The translations under genes and the position numbers were made by a program. The notes beneath the pieces were generated by a model. The model was not told the origin of the DNA, made no database searches, and saw only the letters and a list, made by a program, of their open reading frames with translations. From contig CAYVMI010000019.1 of NCBI GenBank assembly GCA_964452555.1, forward strand, positions 6,288-70,287: 64,000 nucleotides of DNA. The letters are read 5' to 3'. The DNA comes from an uncultured Desulfobacterales bacterium. GTDB lineage: Bacteria; Desulfobacterota; Desulfobacteria; Desulfobacterales; B30-G6. Shown piece after piece: positions 62,304 to 64,000 of this stretch (within the stretch, counting starts at the first letter, position 1; each line of letters opens with the position of its first letter).

Positions 62304-64000
62304 CTAGTTTGCATTCTCGACGACTTTGCGGATAAGCGTCGTATCGTAATATTCGGTAGAAAAAGCAGAATACAGGTCAATCGGTTTCTTTTTTGACAGG
62401 AGCACCCTTTGCAGAACGATCAACAGAGGCGATACGGTCTTAAGCACAAAAGCCGGTATCCAGATAGACTTAAGTTCCAGCCTTTGATTTAAAAGTCTCA
62501 GAACAAGATCTTTCCTCGTCGGTGCTTCGGGCTCCACCACGTTCAACAAATCAGGCACTTCATCGAACTTTTGCATATATTGAATAATCACCTTAACCGC
62601 AGTCGCGGTCGTGCATATGCTCATTCTGTCTTTTTTACTTCCGACGGCGAAAAATGTCGTTCCTATTTCTCGACCTAGCCTTCCGGGCGGATAATATGCG
62701 TCATAGTCAACCAAAGGACCCAGCCTTAAGGTTTTGCCTTTTATCTTCCCTTTCTCATCAGCCTGGCAAACTAAATCCTCAGCTATCGATTTTGCCCAGA
62801 CATAGGGCCCGCGGTCAAGATTATCAATATCAACCGGAGATTGTTCGCTCAGCTTCGCTTTAGCGTCCGTCCCGGGTTTCAATACGGCGATACTGCTGAT
62901 ATTGATGAAATTGGATATTTTGGCAGCAATGGCGCCGTTGAGCAAATTTTCGGTGGCCACTATCGTATTCTTGCGGTGTTCTTCTTGATTCCCGGCGGTT
63001 TCGGCAGCGCAGTGAATGATGCATCCGACATTTTTAAACAACTGACCGTCCAGGGGAGCCGCAAGATCTGAAATGCAGTATTCGACACCTGGCTTGACGA
63101 CCGATTCATCCGGTTTTTTCCGAGTCAGCACACGAACCGGCCATCCCATGTCCCGTAGATCGGAAACAAGTTTCTTACCTAAGAATCCAGTGCCACCGGT
63201 GATCAGAATTGTCGCTTTCTGCTTGTCCACCGGTACCAATTTTGCTTCAATCTTTTTCAACTCCTCCCGGTTTTTTCTTTTGACTTCTTTTTCAATGGAA
63301 TTTAACCGCGTGTTAATTCTCTCACTTAATGCTACGGTATTCCAAATCAGCTCTTTTGAAACCGGTGCTTTCGTTTTGTTTCTAATGCTTTGGTAAAATT
63401 CTTCGATCAAACCGGCTAATCCCGGGTAACTTTTATGTTTACTTAATGCTCGCCGAATAAAAGCTACGGTTGTATTCACTGCAAATTGCCTTGCAAGGGA
63501 GTATGGGTTCAGGATTGCAGAAAATACCGATATACCCGGACCGGGTAGAATTGACACAGTACCTCTTACAAAATCCGTGACAATCGTCCCGTTAGTGCCC
63601 ACAATTTTCAAATAGGATTCTACCGGACGACCCTTAAGTGTTATGGTTAGCAAACCGCTGACTTTGCCCATGCTAACCAATGCATGGACATCATAGTCAT
63701 GATTGACGGTAATTTTATCAGTAATTACTTTTTGATCCCAGCCGCCCCCGTTTGCCTGGTTTAAAAAATTGAGTAAAATGTAAATCGGGTGAGGCATGAT
63801 ATCGACCAGTTGTTCTCTGGCGGTGCTGGTTTTTCTTACCTGATGAAACGAGAAATAGCTTTCAATATGGTTAATTCTACCTATCAGATGAAGCAGTCCC
63901 ATGGTCTCGGTGGCGGCGCTATCGAATAAAACTTGATGACCGGCGCATACATTGACGCCTTCTTTTGCGGCCAAATCCAAAATGGTCTGAGCCTCTTCGG
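62304..64000 (-). CDS. Gfo/Idh/MocA-like oxidoreductase region fused to an NAD-dependent epimerase/dehydratase (SDR) domain; 5' end beyond the window
   Basis: C-terminal half has ILITGGTGFLGKKL Rossmann. The N-terminal half resembles a Gfo/Idh/MocA C-terminal domain. The reading frame stays open to the window edge. Confidence 0.85.
   Translation of the reverse strand, partial: EEAQTILDLAAKEGVNVCAGHQVLFDSAATETMGLLHLIGRINHIESYFSFHQVRKTSTAREQLVDIMPHPIYILLNFLNQANGGGWDQKVITDKITVNHDYDVHALVSMGKVSGLLTITLKGRPVESYLKIVGTNGTIVTDFVRGTVSILPGPGISVFSAILNPYSLARQFAVNTTVAFIRRALSKHKSYPGLAGLIEEFYQSIRNKTKAPVSKELIWNTVALSERINTRLNSIEKEVKRKNREELKKIEAKLVPVDKQKATILITGGTGFLGKKLVSDLRDMGWPVRVLTRKKPDESVVKPGVEYCISDLAAPLDGQLFKNVGCIIHCAAETAGNQEEHRKNTIVATENLLNGAIAAKISNFINISSIAVLKPGTDAKAKLSEQSPVDIDNLDRGPYVWAKSIAEDLVCQADEKGKIKGKTLRLGPLVDYDAYYPPGRLGREIGTTFFAVGSKKDRMSICTTATAVKVIIQYMQKFDEVPDLLNVVEPEAPTRKDLVLRLLNQRLELKSIWIPAFVLKTVSPLLIVLQRVLLSKKKPIDLYSAFSTEYYDTTLIRKVVENAN

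Overview
The window has two parts. Positions 1-38.2 kb are a dense, almost entirely plus-strand block of anaerobic acyl-CoA and aromatic or branched-chain acid metabolism. It holds a Zn-ADH, an SDR, an SCPx-type thiolase with its DUF35 partner, a crotonase, IorAB, PaaK, a PanE-like reductase, an HgdC-type activase with a single-subunit HgdB-like Fe-S protein, an ADP-forming acyl-CoA synthetase, two AMP-forming ligases and a thiolase. After these come mutY, nadE, lepB, a Liv-type ABC transporter with an embedded acyl-CoA ligase, an MFS transporter, an ACT protein and a two-component sensory cluster. Positions 38.4-64 kb are an all-minus-strand block. It holds an agmatinase-like protein, an orphan SagB-type dehydrogenase, an Isf-SCP2 fusion, and a visibly AT-richer polysaccharide locus: UDP-sugar dehydrogenase, sulfotransferase, DegT aminotransferase, three glycosyltransferases including a QxxRW synthase type, two CelD/FemAB-like acyltransferases, a methyltransferase, an SGNH hydrolase and an LMW-PTP. 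That locus also contains a 1958-aa secreted protein with 13 tandem FN3-like repeats. Gene content suggests a Desulfobacterota-like anaerobe, but this is inference only. The most unusual signal is non-coding. Nearly every intercistronic spacer in the plus-strand block carries a long imperfect hairpin built from short low-complexity words. Two such inverted-repeat pairs enclose paralogous four-helix-bundle (23S rRNA IVS-protein family) genes inserted inside operons. No rRNA, tRNA, CRISPR array or transposase was recognised.
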